Positions 1 through 9,177 of a stretch of 64,000 nt of DNA are shown in pieces. The position numbers and the translations under genes were made by a program. The number at the start of each line of letters is the position of its first letter. Position 1 is the stretch's first letter. The stretch spans positions 2,861-66,860 of the forward strand of contig CAYLHG010000007.1 in NCBI GenBank assembly GCA_964383495.1, in the 5' to 3' direction. The DNA is from an uncultured Gammaproteobacteria bacterium (lineage in GTDB: Bacteria; Pseudomonadota; Gammaproteobacteria; JABCZS01). The notes below the pieces were generated by a model. The model saw only the letters and a list, made by a program, of their open reading frames with translations. It was not told the DNA's origin and did no database searches.

Positions 1-1
1 T

Positions 2-88
2 GAGGATCCTGTAGTATTTGCAGTAAAAGACCGTATTAGTTTGTATGCAGGATTTCTATTTGGATTAATATTTTGGTTGGCAACATGA
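2..88 (+). CDS. 3' end of a gene running off the window; the tail resembles the C-terminus of a UbiA-family polyprenyl-phosphate phosphoribosyltransferase (DPPR-synthase-like)
   Basis: Frame 2 is open from the window edge to TGA at 86-88 and reads EDPVVFAVKDRISLYAGFLFGLIFWLAT*. The tail is a hydrophobic terminal helix, and the stop overlaps the next ATG (ATGA at 85-88). The family call rests on only 28 residues plus the DprE1/DprE2-like neighbours. Confidence 0.35.
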   Translation, partial: EDPVVFAVKDRISLYAGFLFGLIFWLAT

Positions 89-1392
89 GCATCGTCACTT
101 CGTGGGGAAATTACCCTTATTTTTCACAAGCCTCTCACACTACTTATTGGCGTGAAGATATTGCACATGATTTTGATCAACTCATTCATCGTTACCAAAC
201 CACGTTAGCATTTGGGAATGGCAGAAGTTACGGAGACAGTTGCTTAGCAACTTCTGCAAACGTGATCAACATGTCTAGTTTAAATAGATTTATGAGCGTT
301 GATTGGGAAAAGGGTGTGATTATTGCTGAAGCAGGAATCACCTTAGGCGATATTTTAGAATTTTCTATTCCACACGGGTGGTTTTTACCAGTAACACCTG
401 GAACACAATATGTTACGTTAGGTGGTGCAATAGCCAATGATGTGCATGGTAAAAATCATCATATACGTGGCACTTTTGGATGTCATGTAAAACGTTTCGA
501 ATTATTGAGATCTGATCAAACTGCTAAAATCTGTTCTGCAACAGAAAATACAGAGCTATTTTCAGCCACCATCAGTGGATTAGGCATGACAGGAATTATC
601 ACTTGGGTTGAATTACAATTAATGCCTATCCAATCCCAATATATCAATACACGCACCATTCCATTTGAAAATTTGAACGAATTTTTTTTACTGTCCAAAA
701 CGTTTGACATGAAACATGAATACACTGTCGCCTGGGTTGATTGCTTAGCAAAAGGCGAACAGCTTGGGCGAGGTGTGTTTTTCATGGGAGATCACGCTGA
801 CAATGGGCCTATTGAAACTAATAAAAAGAAAAAAATTTCTATCCCATTCACGCCACCCAAATCAATGGTCAACGCGCTCACTTTAAAAATATTGAATACT
901 GTATATTATCGTTGCCATACTGCAGCTACCCAAACAGTCCATTATGAACCATTTTTCTATCCTCTAGATCGCATATTACAGTGGAACCGTTTATATGGAA
1001 ACAAAGGATTTCAACAATACCAATGCATTATTCCAGAAGCGCAGGCTGAGTCTGCTATGCATACTTTATTAGAGGTTATTGGAAAAAGCGGCCAAGGTTC
1101 TTTTTTGGCAGTGATGAAAAAGTGCGGAAAAATAATTTCTCCTGGCTTATTATCATTTCCTATGCCGGGGATATCACTTGCATTAGATTTTCCTCAAAAT
1201 GATTCATTAAATATGTTATTCTCTGCGCTTGATCATATTGTCCGAGATGCAGGTGGCAGACTATATCCTGCAAAAGATGCACATATGTCTGGCGAAGATT
1301 TTCGGCAATATTACCCAAAGTGGGAGCAACTATCTGCTTTGCGCGATCCTGCATTATGTTCACATTTTTGGAAAAGGGTTACTGAAGTATGA
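85..1392 (+). CDS. FAD-linked oxidase, DprE1-like (polyprenyl-phospho-ribose 2'-oxidase family)
   Basis: The motifs FGNGRSYGDSCL and LPVTPGTQYVTLGGAIANDVHGKNHHIRGTFGCHV closely parallel the mycobacterial DprE1 FAD-binding region. I prefer the ATG at 85 over the TTG at 73 because it forms an ATGA overlap with the upstream stop. Confidence 0.85.
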   Translation: MSIVTSWGNYPYFSQASHTTYWREDIAHDFDQLIHRYQTTLAFGNGRSYGDSCLATSANVINMSSLNRFMSVDWEKGVIIAEAGITLGDILEFSIPHGWFLPVTPGTQYVTLGGAIANDVHGKNHHIRGTFGCHVKRFELLRSDQTAKICSATENTELFSATISGLGMTGIITWVELQLMPIQSQYINTRTIPFENLNEFFLLSKTFDMKHEYTVAWVDCLAKGEQLGRGVFFMGDHADNGPIETNKKKKISIPFTPPKSMVNALTLKILNTVYYRCHTAATQTVHYEPFFYPLDRILQWNRLYGNKGFQQYQCIIPEAQAESAMHTLLEVIGKSGQGSFLAVMKKCGKIISPGLLSFPMPGISLALDFPQNDSLNMLFSALDHIVRDAGGRLYPAKDAHMSGEDFRQYYPKWEQLSALRDPALCSHFWKRVTEV

Positions 1393-2129
1393 AAAAAATA
1401 TTGATTATTGGTGCAACTTCCGCCATTGCAACAGCATGCGCAAAATATTGGGCCTCTGAACAAACAGAATTTTTCTTGGTTGCTCGAAACTCAGAAAAAC
1501 TTAAACAAACAGCAGATGACTTAATCGCTCGCGGCAGCATGAATACTACCTGTTATACATTAGACCTTAATCAATTTGACCAATATGATGCCATGTTAAC
1601 GTCATGTTTTCAAAAATTAGATACCGTAGATATTGCATTGATCGCACATGGAACACTTGCTGATCAAGAAGCTTGCGAAAAAGATGTAAATCTTACTTTG
1701 CGTGAAATATCCAACAATGGTTTGAGCGTTATTGCTATTCTTACTTTATTATCCAACCGCATGGAAGAACAACATTTCGGCAGCATTGCTGTTATTTCTT
1801 CTGTAGCGGGAGATCGCGGCAGAGCTTCTAATTATATTTATGGCGCTGCTAAGGCAGCAGTCACTACATTTTGTGATGGATTGCGTGGGCGTTTATACAA
1901 AACGGGTGTTCACGTTTTAACGATTAAACCTGGATTCGTTGATACCCCAATGACGAAAGGTTTACCCTTGCCACGCTTACTACTCGCATCACCTGAAAAA
2001 GTGGCACAAGATATTTGCGATGCTATTAAAAAACAAAAAAATGTAATTTATACACCTTGTTTTTGGGTAGGCATTATGTTCATAATCAAATCTATTCCAA
2101 ATTTTATTTTTAAAAGGTTGCCGTTATGA
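1389..2129 (+). CDS. Short-chain dehydrogenase/reductase, DprE2-like (keto-pentose reductase partner of DprE1)
   Basis: It has the N-terminal Rossmann motif KILIIGATSAIA and the SDR catalytic YGAAKAA (YxxxK). An ATGA overlap with the DprE1-like gene implies translational coupling. Confidence 0.75.
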   Translation: MKKILIIGATSAIATACAKYWASEQTEFFLVARNSEKLKQTADDLIARGSMNTTCYTLDLNQFDQYDAMLTSCFQKLDTVDIALIAHGTLADQEACEKDVNLTLREISNNGLSVIAILTLLSNRMEEQHFGSIAVISSVAGDRGRASNYIYGAAKAAVTTFCDGLRGRLYKTGVHVLTIKPGFVDTPMTKGLPLPRLLLASPEKVAQDICDAIKKQKNVIYTPCFWVGIMFIIKSIPNFIFKRLPL

Positions 2130-3763
2130 TCAAAAATTTATCTGACAAACAGATCATTGCTCCTTTTATTATTTTCGCTATTTTTCAAGTAGCATTAGCT
2201 ATTATCGGCGGGGTTCATCATTACAGCCCCGTTCCATTTGTAGATATGTGGGATGGACAAATGCCATTTCTAGCAAATACACGAGATTGGCATACTTGGT
2301 GGGCGCAACATAATGAACACCGAATTTTTTTGTCCCGGATACTGTTTTTAATGGACTTTAAATTTTTTAGCAGCAATGCTATTTTTTTATTTTTTTGTAA
2401 TTATTTATTTGCTTTTATGTCATTTATAATTTTCTTCATGGCATTAAAAGAAATGTTAAAAAATGAAAAAAATACCATTACATTACCTATCATGGCCTCT
2501 ATCCTTTTATGTTTATTGTTTTTTTGGGATCAAAAAGAAAATTTTACGTGGGCGTTTCAAAGTCAATTCTTTTTAGCATCGAGTTTACCCCTGCTTGCGT
2601 TTTATTCGTTGCATAAGTCATATACTTCTTCTCAAGTATATTGGTTTATTTTAGCGTGTTTTGTAGGGCTTCTTTCTAGCGGGGCAATGGCAAATGGCAT
2701 ATTAGCATCACCTATTATGGTTTTGTTAGCGATTACATTAAGAATGAAGTGGCCTTATATCGTTATCTTATTATTACTCGCATCATTTGAATTATTTTTT
2801 TATTTTAATGGTTATACTAAACCTTCCCAAGAAACTTCCATGATAGAAGATATTCTTAAAAATCCTATTGGGCTGATACGATACTCACTCGTATATCTAA
2901 GCAATCCCTTTGCTTCAATTGTTCATTCGAAAAAAATATTTTTCTTAATAAGCTCTCTTTTCCTTTTCAGCAGCTCCATGTGCTTATATCGCGCACTGAA
3001 GTCATGCACAACGTCTTCGCTTCAACTTGCTCTACTCGCATTCATTTTATATGTTGTTGCCACTGCTATGGTGACAAGCGGAGGGCGTTCTTTTTTAGGT
3101 ACTTCTCAAGCCTTATCAAGCCGATACGCTACACCAACTTTAATGATGTGGTCAGCATTATTTATATTATATGCGCCGTGGTTTGCAGAGCAGGCGCGCA
3201 AAAATAAATATCGCTTACTCGCATTATTAATTATCCCCGTAGTACTTTTTCCTTATCAAATAAAAGCATTATCCTCTCAAAAAGCGAAGGTTGCAGATAA
3301 AATGATCGCTGCACTTGCTTTGGCGATGCATATTCAAGATGATGAAATAATTATTTCTATTTATCCATTTCCAGGCCATGTTATCAATTCATCCAAAGAT
3401 CCCGCCAAAAAAAATATTGCTATTTTCAACAACCCTCTCATTAAAGGCGCTTCACATTTAATAGGGCAAAAAGAAAAAAATGTCTCCAATCGGATATGCG
3501 AAGGAGAAGTAACCAACATTATTTATTTAGAACATGCCCCTGAATATGTACGCATAGAAGGTACTTTATCATATGAAACTCAATCTCCTAAAGTAATACA
3601 TATTCTTTCTCAAGATCGCACTATTGTAGGCTATGCTTTAGGTGGCGCGCCTAGTGCTAAAAATCAATCTTTTAAATTTAAAGGTTATTTGAAACATGAA
3701 TATCAACATCAACCCATCATTTTAAAAGGGCTTAATCCTGATTGCGAAAAAGGTATCAATTAA
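2126..3763 (+). CDS. Polytopic inner-membrane protein with a C-terminal soluble domain; GT-C-like putative polyprenyl-phosphate-sugar-dependent glycosyltransferase
   Basis: The 545-aa product has roughly 10-12 hydrophobic segments in its first ~400 aa and a ~150-aa hydrophilic tail. There is an ATGA overlap with the upstream SDR gene. Function is inferred from architecture and context only. Confidence 0.5.
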   Translation: MIKNLSDKQIIAPFIIFAIFQVALAIIGGVHHYSPVPFVDMWDGQMPFLANTRDWHTWWAQHNEHRIFLSRILFLMDFKFFSSNAIFLFFCNYLFAFMSFIIFFMALKEMLKNEKNTITLPIMASILLCLLFFWDQKENFTWAFQSQFFLASSLPLLAFYSLHKSYTSSQVYWFILACFVGLLSSGAMANGILASPIMVLLAITLRMKWPYIVILLLLASFELFFYFNGYTKPSQETSMIEDILKNPIGLIRYSLVYLSNPFASIVHSKKIFFLISSLFLFSSSMCLYRALKSCTTSSLQLALLAFILYVVATAMVTSGGRSFLGTSQALSSRYATPTLMMWSALFILYAPWFAEQARKNKYRLLALLIIPVVLFPYQIKALSSQKAKVADKMIAALALAMHIQDDEIIISIYPFPGHVINSSKDPAKKNIAIFNNPLIKGASHLIGQKEKNVSNRICEGEVTNIIYLEHAPEYVRIEGTLSYETQSPKVIHILSQDRTIVGYALGGAPSAKNQSFKFKGYLKHEYQHQPIILKGLNPDCEKGIN

Positions 3764-4708
3764 ATGCATTCACGTGATCTTAAAATCATATTGCCTGGAG
3801 GCGCCGGGCTTGTTGGACAAAACCTTGTTGCACGTCTTAAGCAGCGCGGATACAATCATTTGCTTGTTTTAGACAAGCATAAAAAAAATTTAGATATTCT
3901 AAAACAATTACACCCTGATGTTACTACTGTTTATGCAGATCTTTCAGAACCAGGAGAATGGGAACCATACTTTCAAGATGCGGATGTCGTTGTAATGCTA
4001 CAAGCGCAAATTGGTGATCTTCATCCTGAACCCTTTATCCGCAATAATATTACTTCAACTCAGCATGTATTATCAGCCATCAAAAAATATCAAATTTCTT
4101 ATACAGTACACATCAGTTCATCTGTAGTTAAATCAGTAGCTGATGATCATTACACTCGCACCAAACGTATACAAGAAGAGCAAGTATTAGAAAGTGGTAT
4201 CCCTTGTGTTGTGTTACGTCCCACGCTTATGTTTGGTTGGTTTGATAGAAAACATTTAGGATGGCTTTCTCGATTTATGCAAAAAATACCTGTATTTCCG
4301 ATTCCTGGTGACGGAAAATACATGCGACAGCCCCTTTATGTAGGAGATTTTGCCAAAATTATTGTTAGCTGTATTGAACACCAGATCACAGGAAAAGTGT
4401 TTAACATTACAGGGTTGGAAAAAATAGATTATATTGATATTATTCATGCTATTAAAAAAACAACTTCTTCAAAATCCATCATTGTGAATATTCCTTATTG
4501 GGTTTTTTATGCACTCTTAGAAATGTGGTCTTTTTTTGATAAAAATCCACCGTTCACAACTGCTCAGCTTACTGCTCTCGTTGCACATGATGAATTTGAG
4601 GTGATCGACTGGCCCACTGTTTTTAACGTAACACCTACTCCTTTTGAAAAAGCTATTCATGAAACTTTTCATCATGATACTTATAGCAACATTGTACTGG
4701 AGTTTTGA
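3764..4708 (+). CDS. NAD-dependent epimerase/dehydratase family protein
   Basis: The N-terminal ILPGGAGLVGQNL is a glycine-rich Rossmann motif, and YTRTK is a YxxxK motif. Length is 314 aa. The start abuts the previous stop (TAAATG). Confidence 0.8.
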   Translation: MHSRDLKIILPGGAGLVGQNLVARLKQRGYNHLLVLDKHKKNLDILKQLHPDVTTVYADLSEPGEWEPYFQDADVVVMLQAQIGDLHPEPFIRNNITSTQHVLSAIKKYQISYTVHISSSVVKSVADDHYTRTKRIQEEQVLESGIPCVVLRPTLMFGWFDRKHLGWLSRFMQKIPVFPIPGDGKYMRQPLYVGDFAKIIVSCIEHQITGKVFNITGLEKIDYIDIIHAIKKTTSSKSIIVNIPYWVFYALLEMWSFFDKNPPFTTAQLTALVAHDEFEVIDWPTVFNVTPTPFEKAIHETFHHDTYSNIVLEF

Positions 4709-5995
4709 ATGACACAACGTATTGCTATATTAGGTGCAGGACCCATGGGGCTGGCAGTCGCTTATCAACTTGTACAAGATGGGTATCAGCCCATTATTTT
4801 TGAGGCCGACGATCGCCTAGGAGGAATGGCTGCTTCCTTTGATTTTAATGGCATTGAAATTGAGCGTTATTATCACTTTCACTGCATTTCGGATACTGGA
4901 TTTCTCAATATCTTAAAAGAACTTTCTCTGTTAAAAAAAATGCATTGGGTAAAAACCAAAATGGGTTATTTTTATCAAGGGAAAGTTACCCCCTGGGGGA
5001 ATCCGATTGCATTGCTTAAATTTCCTGGGTTAAGCATTATTGCAAAATTTAGATATGGTCTTCATGCTTTTTTATCCACAAAACGTAAAGATTGGCGCTC
5101 TTTAGATAAACTGGACGCTGTTCAATGGATTCAAGATTGGATTGGCATAGAAGCTTACAATGTGTTATGGAAAAAATTATTTGAGTTTAAATTCTATGAT
5201 TATAAAAATAATTTATCAGCTGCTTGGATTTGGAGCCGCATTCACAGAATTGGTCGCTCCCGTTATAATTTATTCGAAGAAAAATTAGGGTACCTAGAAG
5301 GCGGATCAGATACTTTGCTCCAAGCGATGAGAGATTACATTGAAAAAAACGGCGGAGAATTTCATTTAAAAAGCCCAGTATCACGCGTTATCATTGAAAA
5401 TAACCAAGTTAAAGGAATAGAAGTTAATGGTCTTGTCACTGCTTTTGACAAAGTCATTAGCACCATTCCGCTACCTTATGTGCCTCGCCTTATGCCTGAT
5501 TTACCCCAGACTGTTTTAAATCAATTCAAGTCACTTCATAACATTGCTGTGGTTTGCGTGATCGTAAAATTAAAAAGAAAAGTTACTGATAATTTTTGGC
5601 TGAATGTTAATGATGATAGCATGGATATTCCAGGTATTATTGAATACACACAGCTGCGCCCTATGAGTGATCATATTGTATATGTGCCGTTTTATATGCC
5701 AGGAGAGCATCCAAAATTTAAAGATCCTGATCAAGTTTTCTTAGATAAAGTAAAAAATTATTTGAAAAAAATCAACCCTGAATTACAGGATGAAGATTTT
5801 ATCGAACTACGTGCAAGCCGTTATCGACATGCACAACCCATTTGCCCGCCAGGATATTTGAGTAAACTGCCCCCCGTTGCATTACCCATCAAAGGGTTAT
5901 GGGTTGCGGATACGTCTTATTATTATCCTGCAGATCGCGGCATTTCTGAAAGCATAGATTTTGGACGCATGATGGCAAAAATGGCAATCACATGA
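4709..5995 (+). CDS. FAD/NAD(P)-binding oxidoreductase (amine-oxidase / phytoene-desaturase-like fold)
   Basis: The N-terminal IAILGAGPMGLAVAYQL...EADDRLGG is a dinucleotide-binding beta-alpha-beta motif. Length is 428 aa. The start abuts the previous stop (TGAATG). Confidence 0.8.
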   Translation: MTQRIAILGAGPMGLAVAYQLVQDGYQPIIFEADDRLGGMAASFDFNGIEIERYYHFHCISDTGFLNILKELSLLKKMHWVKTKMGYFYQGKVTPWGNPIALLKFPGLSIIAKFRYGLHAFLSTKRKDWRSLDKLDAVQWIQDWIGIEAYNVLWKKLFEFKFYDYKNNLSAAWIWSRIHRIGRSRYNLFEEKLGYLEGGSDTLLQAMRDYIEKNGGEFHLKSPVSRVIIENNQVKGIEVNGLVTAFDKVISTIPLPYVPRLMPDLPQTVLNQFKSLHNIAVVCVIVKLKRKVTDNFWLNVNDDSMDIPGIIEYTQLRPMSDHIVYVPFYMPGEHPKFKDPDQVFLDKVKNYLKKINPELQDEDFIELRASRYRHAQPICPPGYLSKLPPVALPIKGLWVADTSYYYPADRGISESIDFGRMMAKMAIT

Positions 5996-6405
5996 TTAAA
6001 CACTTTGCATCAAAACAATTCGTTGCTTTCTTGTGTACGGGGGGAGTTGCCGCACTGGTTAATTTTTTAAGCCGTATTATTTATAGCGAATGGTTTTCTT
6101 TTTCAGCGGCGATCATTATTGCTTATGTCACAGGCATGATCACTGCTTTTATTTTAGCAAAAATATTTGTGTTTAAAAAAGCAACCCAAACGTTTCAACG
6201 ATCGATTTTTTTCTTTTGTTTAGTCAACCTTGCATCTATTGCACAAACGTTAATTATCAGTTTGATTTTGGCTAATTATCTTCTGCCATTTTTCCACGTT
6301 ATTCATTTTAAGCTGGAAATAGCCCATGCAGCTGGGGTGGTTGTCCCTGCTTTAACTAGCTATATTGGCCACAAACGCTGGTCTTTCCGAGAGCTTCCTT
6401 ATTAG
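5992..6405 (+). CDS. GtrA-family membrane protein (polyprenyl-phosphate-sugar translocation associated)
   Basis: The 137-aa product has four hydrophobic helices and the C-terminal H-K-RWSF motif typical of GtrA-like proteins. There is an ATGA overlap with the preceding gene. Confidence 0.8.
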   Translation: MIKHFASKQFVAFLCTGGVAALVNFLSRIIYSEWFSFSAAIIIAYVTGMITAFILAKIFVFKKATQTFQRSIFFFCLVNLASIAQTLIISLILANYLLPFFHVIHFKLEIAHAAGVVVPALTSYIGHKRWSFRELPY

Positions 6406-6537
6406 CCTAGGTTAAGAATTTATTAACAATTTGTTACATAAGCATAAAAAAAACTACTGTCTCTTATAAAATATGGTATAATTTAGTTAACCATATTTAT
6501 TTGGTAGCTTAACATTGTACCCTATAGAGGCCTTATT

Positions 6538-7764
6538 TTGAAAACTACAGCTGTATTAACACAATATCATGAGACAACTACCACACTCAATACTGCACAT
6601 ATAAGCATCGCAGGCTCTAAATACAACAATAACAAAGAGTTAGCAGCAAGGGAACAAGAAGACACTTACAGTTACGGCGCCCTAGTGCTGCCTGAGCTCT
6701 CCCGTGAAGTACAAGAAACAGCACTCAAACACACCATTATAGAGCTCGCCGAGTCTCTCCTAAAAGGAGGCGAGGATGCCTGTATTGCTCAAGACTCCGG
6801 CTGTACTTTACTAGCCACGTGTGGCAGCGCTTGGGCTTCCGTAGGAGATAGTATTCTTCTTAAATGTACGCTTCAAGCGAATAATCAGGTTCGCCTGGAG
6901 CTTGTTAACCCTCTCCATCATATTACCCGCGCAGAAATTGAGCTGTGGCGTAAAACAAGTGAACAACAATTGCCTCTTTTTAATGTTATTAAATTCCATA
7001 ATCTTGACAAAAAAGGCAGAGGAAAATGGGCCGGTTCCGAAATGATGCGTGCCTTAGGGAATGTTTCTCATCATGAAGAATATGGGATGCACCATACACC
7101 CAGCAGCGGGCTTTTCTCAGATGTTAACGATGAGAAAAAAATATTTATTATTACTGCTTCAGATGGGTTATTCCATTGTGCCTTTCCTCAACTCATAGCA
7201 TTGCAAGCACGATATACAGCTATTGAGGAATCTTTTCAAAAAAGCCCGCAAAAAGAAGATGATTATTTGAAAAAATTAGATGAGCTCGATAAAATAGATC
7301 AAGATAAATATAAAATAATACTATCTGTTTTTGAAGCAAGCATTAATGATGCAATTTTAAAATATGGGCACGCAAATACGGATATTATTAAAAACGCGTT
7401 GGCAGAAACTTTAGCAGGTCTTCATAACGGTAATATTGAGCATTGCCTTGATAATGTCACCATACTGGTAAGCCATGCACTAAATAATGAGTTTACCATG
7501 GTGGCAGATGGGCATTCCGGAAAACAATCAGCGGAATATGTTGCAGAAAATTTCAAAAAAATATTGCAGCAACACTTATTAGCACTACATCAGTCTAAAG
7601 AAGATGATCCCTCCGTTTCTTATTCTGTGCCCCAAAAACATTTTGCCCCTCTTAGTCCGAGCTCAGCTTCTAGTAGTCCGCGACCTGGTACACCACTAGA
7701 ATCAAATAACCACTCAGTCTCTCAAAGTCCTGTGACCACAGCCATCAGAAAATTCCCATCATAA
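6538..7764 (+). CDS. PP2C-like Ser/Thr protein phosphatase, divergent, with motif 2 (DGH) relocated to the C-terminal region
   Basis: PP2C motifs seen are REQED (res 38-42), SVGDS (101-105), MMRALGN (169-175), IITASDGLF (204-212), DNVTILV (305-311) and MVADGHSGKQSAEYV (321-335). The tail is Ser/Pro-rich. The start is a TTG and is uncertain. Confidence 0.7.
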   Translation: MKTTAVLTQYHETTTTLNTAHISIAGSKYNNNKELAAREQEDTYSYGALVLPELSREVQETALKHTIIELAESLLKGGEDACIAQDSGCTLLATCGSAWASVGDSILLKCTLQANNQVRLELVNPLHHITRAEIELWRKTSEQQLPLFNVIKFHNLDKKGRGKWAGSEMMRALGNVSHHEEYGMHHTPSSGLFSDVNDEKKIFIITASDGLFHCAFPQLIALQARYTAIEESFQKSPQKEDDYLKKLDELDKIDQDKYKIILSVFEASINDAILKYGHANTDIIKNALAETLAGLHNGNIEHCLDNVTILVSHALNNEFTMVADGHSGKQSAEYVAENFKKILQQHLLALHQSKEDDPSVSYSVPQKHFAPLSPSSASSSPRPGTPLESNNHSVSQSPVTTAIRKFPS

Positions 7765-7885
7765 CATGTTGATCCATAAAATCCGTTATCGAAATACTCA
7801 TGATGCTTGTCAAGCCGTTCCATTAAACTTACCTAAATCTACTTAACTTTGACCGCAAGCTCAAAGCCACGCTTCCCGCTGACAC

Positions 7886-7910
7886 GGGAGAACTCTCCCT
7901 ATTGTTTTTT
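7886..7910 (+). terminator. Possible weak rho-independent terminator downstream of the PP2C-like gene
   Basis: The stem is GGGAG-AACT-CTCCC, followed by TATTGTTTTTT. The stem is short (5 bp) and lies about 120 nt after the stop codon. Confidence 0.35.
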
Positions 7911-7979
7911 AGCTCCTTTGCGGTATACTGTTCTGATCTGTTCTTTTTTTGAACAGTTTTTAGGCAGTAGGAGGTTTTG

Positions 7980-8747
7980 ATGTCTACGACATTAGAAAGT
8001 TATATGAATAGTTTAGATGATATATTGGAACGTCTTCGCAAAGAAAATATCAGTTTCCTTACTTATCAATATTTCATCGAAGCGTTGCATGCTAATGCTA
8101 TTCCAGGGTTCAATCCGGATACCAAAAAGGTGTTATTATTTGTTGAAACCGTAGTTAATACAAGCAATGCAGCATATTTGAAAGAAACTTTGTTCCAAGC
8201 GCATTTAAATTTTAGAAGAGCCTTGCGGACATTAGATATCACCATTGAGCCTTTCAAGAACATCGTTTCACAATTATATAATCATTATAACAGGCTACAT
8301 CCAAATCCAGAAACGAAACGGCAAATTCAAAAAAAGGAATTGTTAAGACAACTAACCCATCTTAGTGTTACTTTAATGAATGCGTTAACCATATTTCCTC
8401 CACAGCAGATGGAGAAAAGTGCAGTTGAAGGGGTAAAATCATGCTTTGACAGTATGGCTCAGCTCTTAGAAACGCCGGCTTTGAAAGATCAAGGCATTGC
8501 ATACGCTATTCACAGCTGGCCACAAGACATTTTTCAATGCCTTTTTGAAGGAGAGGAATGGACCTCAGATACTTATAGAAGGCTCAAGCCTCATTTTGTT
8601 GGCATAAGCGCAGCAATTACGCATCTGCAGGAACGGTTCCAAGCACTTGATACCATCAGAAAGCAAGTTCGCAGTGAACTACCACCCCACGACCCTGCTA
8701 ATATTGGACCTGTAGCCGGTTTAAGGCAACCGGGCGCACGCGCATAA
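7980..8747 (+). CDS. Hypothetical protein (predicted all-helical, no recognisable motif)
   Basis: The open frame gives ~255 aa. AGGAGG lies 6-7 nt upstream of the ATG at 7980, immediately after the TTG at 7977. I recognise no family. Confidence 0.5.
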   Translation: MSTTLESYMNSLDDILERLRKENISFLTYQYFIEALHANAIPGFNPDTKKVLLFVETVVNTSNAAYLKETLFQAHLNFRRALRTLDITIEPFKNIVSQLYNHYNRLHPNPETKRQIQKKELLRQLTHLSVTLMNALTIFPPQQMEKSAVEGVKSCFDSMAQLLETPALKDQGIAYAIHSWPQDIFQCLFEGEEWTSDTYRRLKPHFVGISAAITHLQERFQALDTIRKQVRSELPPHDPANIGPVAGLRQPGARA

Positions 8748-9011
8748 TTATTGGTTCACAGCTAGCTTTGCGGGGTGAGCTCTCTGAGCAGCTTGGTTGT
8801 TAGCTGGGGCCGTGCTCATGGAGACCATAGCGCCACCACTACAACAAACCACCGCTGTGCCTAGCGCGGCCGTTACCAAGCTTAATGCATTAAAGGCATC
8901 GGCCTCGCCCTGAGTGAAAACTCCTGCACTTCTGGCGAGACTGGTTAGCACAAAAGCACTACTGGGGATTAAAATACCCAAGGTAATCGCAGCAGCTGGG
9001 GAAATGTTCAT
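8748..9011 (-). CDS. Small hypothetical membrane protein (two hydrophobic segments, Ala/Gly-rich)
   Basis: The product is 87 aa. A strong GGAGGT lies ~7 nt upstream of the ATG, and the region is visibly more GC-rich than its flanks. The stop codon abuts the convergent gene's stop. Confidence 0.45.
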   Translation of the reverse strand: MNISPAAAITLGILIPSSAFVLTSLARSAGVFTQGEADAFNALSLVTAALGTAVVCCSGGAMVSMSTAPANNQAAQRAHPAKLAVNQ

Positions 9012-9177
9012 AGATACCTCCTGACCTCAAAAGAAGTTAGCATTATATCATATAAACCTCGTTATTAACAATGCTAGATGCCTAGGGCAATACCCAATGC
9101 GTAGATTTATAGGCTAGACTGATTTTAGCGGGTGCTTAATCAGGTGACCCTATCATTTTCCACTAGGAGCAAATTTC

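Noticed and set aside
7800-7860. TTAA-containing direct half-sites (CATTAAACTTACCTAAATCTACTTAACTTT) resembling a PmrA-type tandem box upstream of the 255-aa orphan.
   Set aside because: The match to the cTTAATatT-N2-cTTAATatT consensus is poor in both sequence and spacing. In AT-rich DNA such matches are expected by chance.
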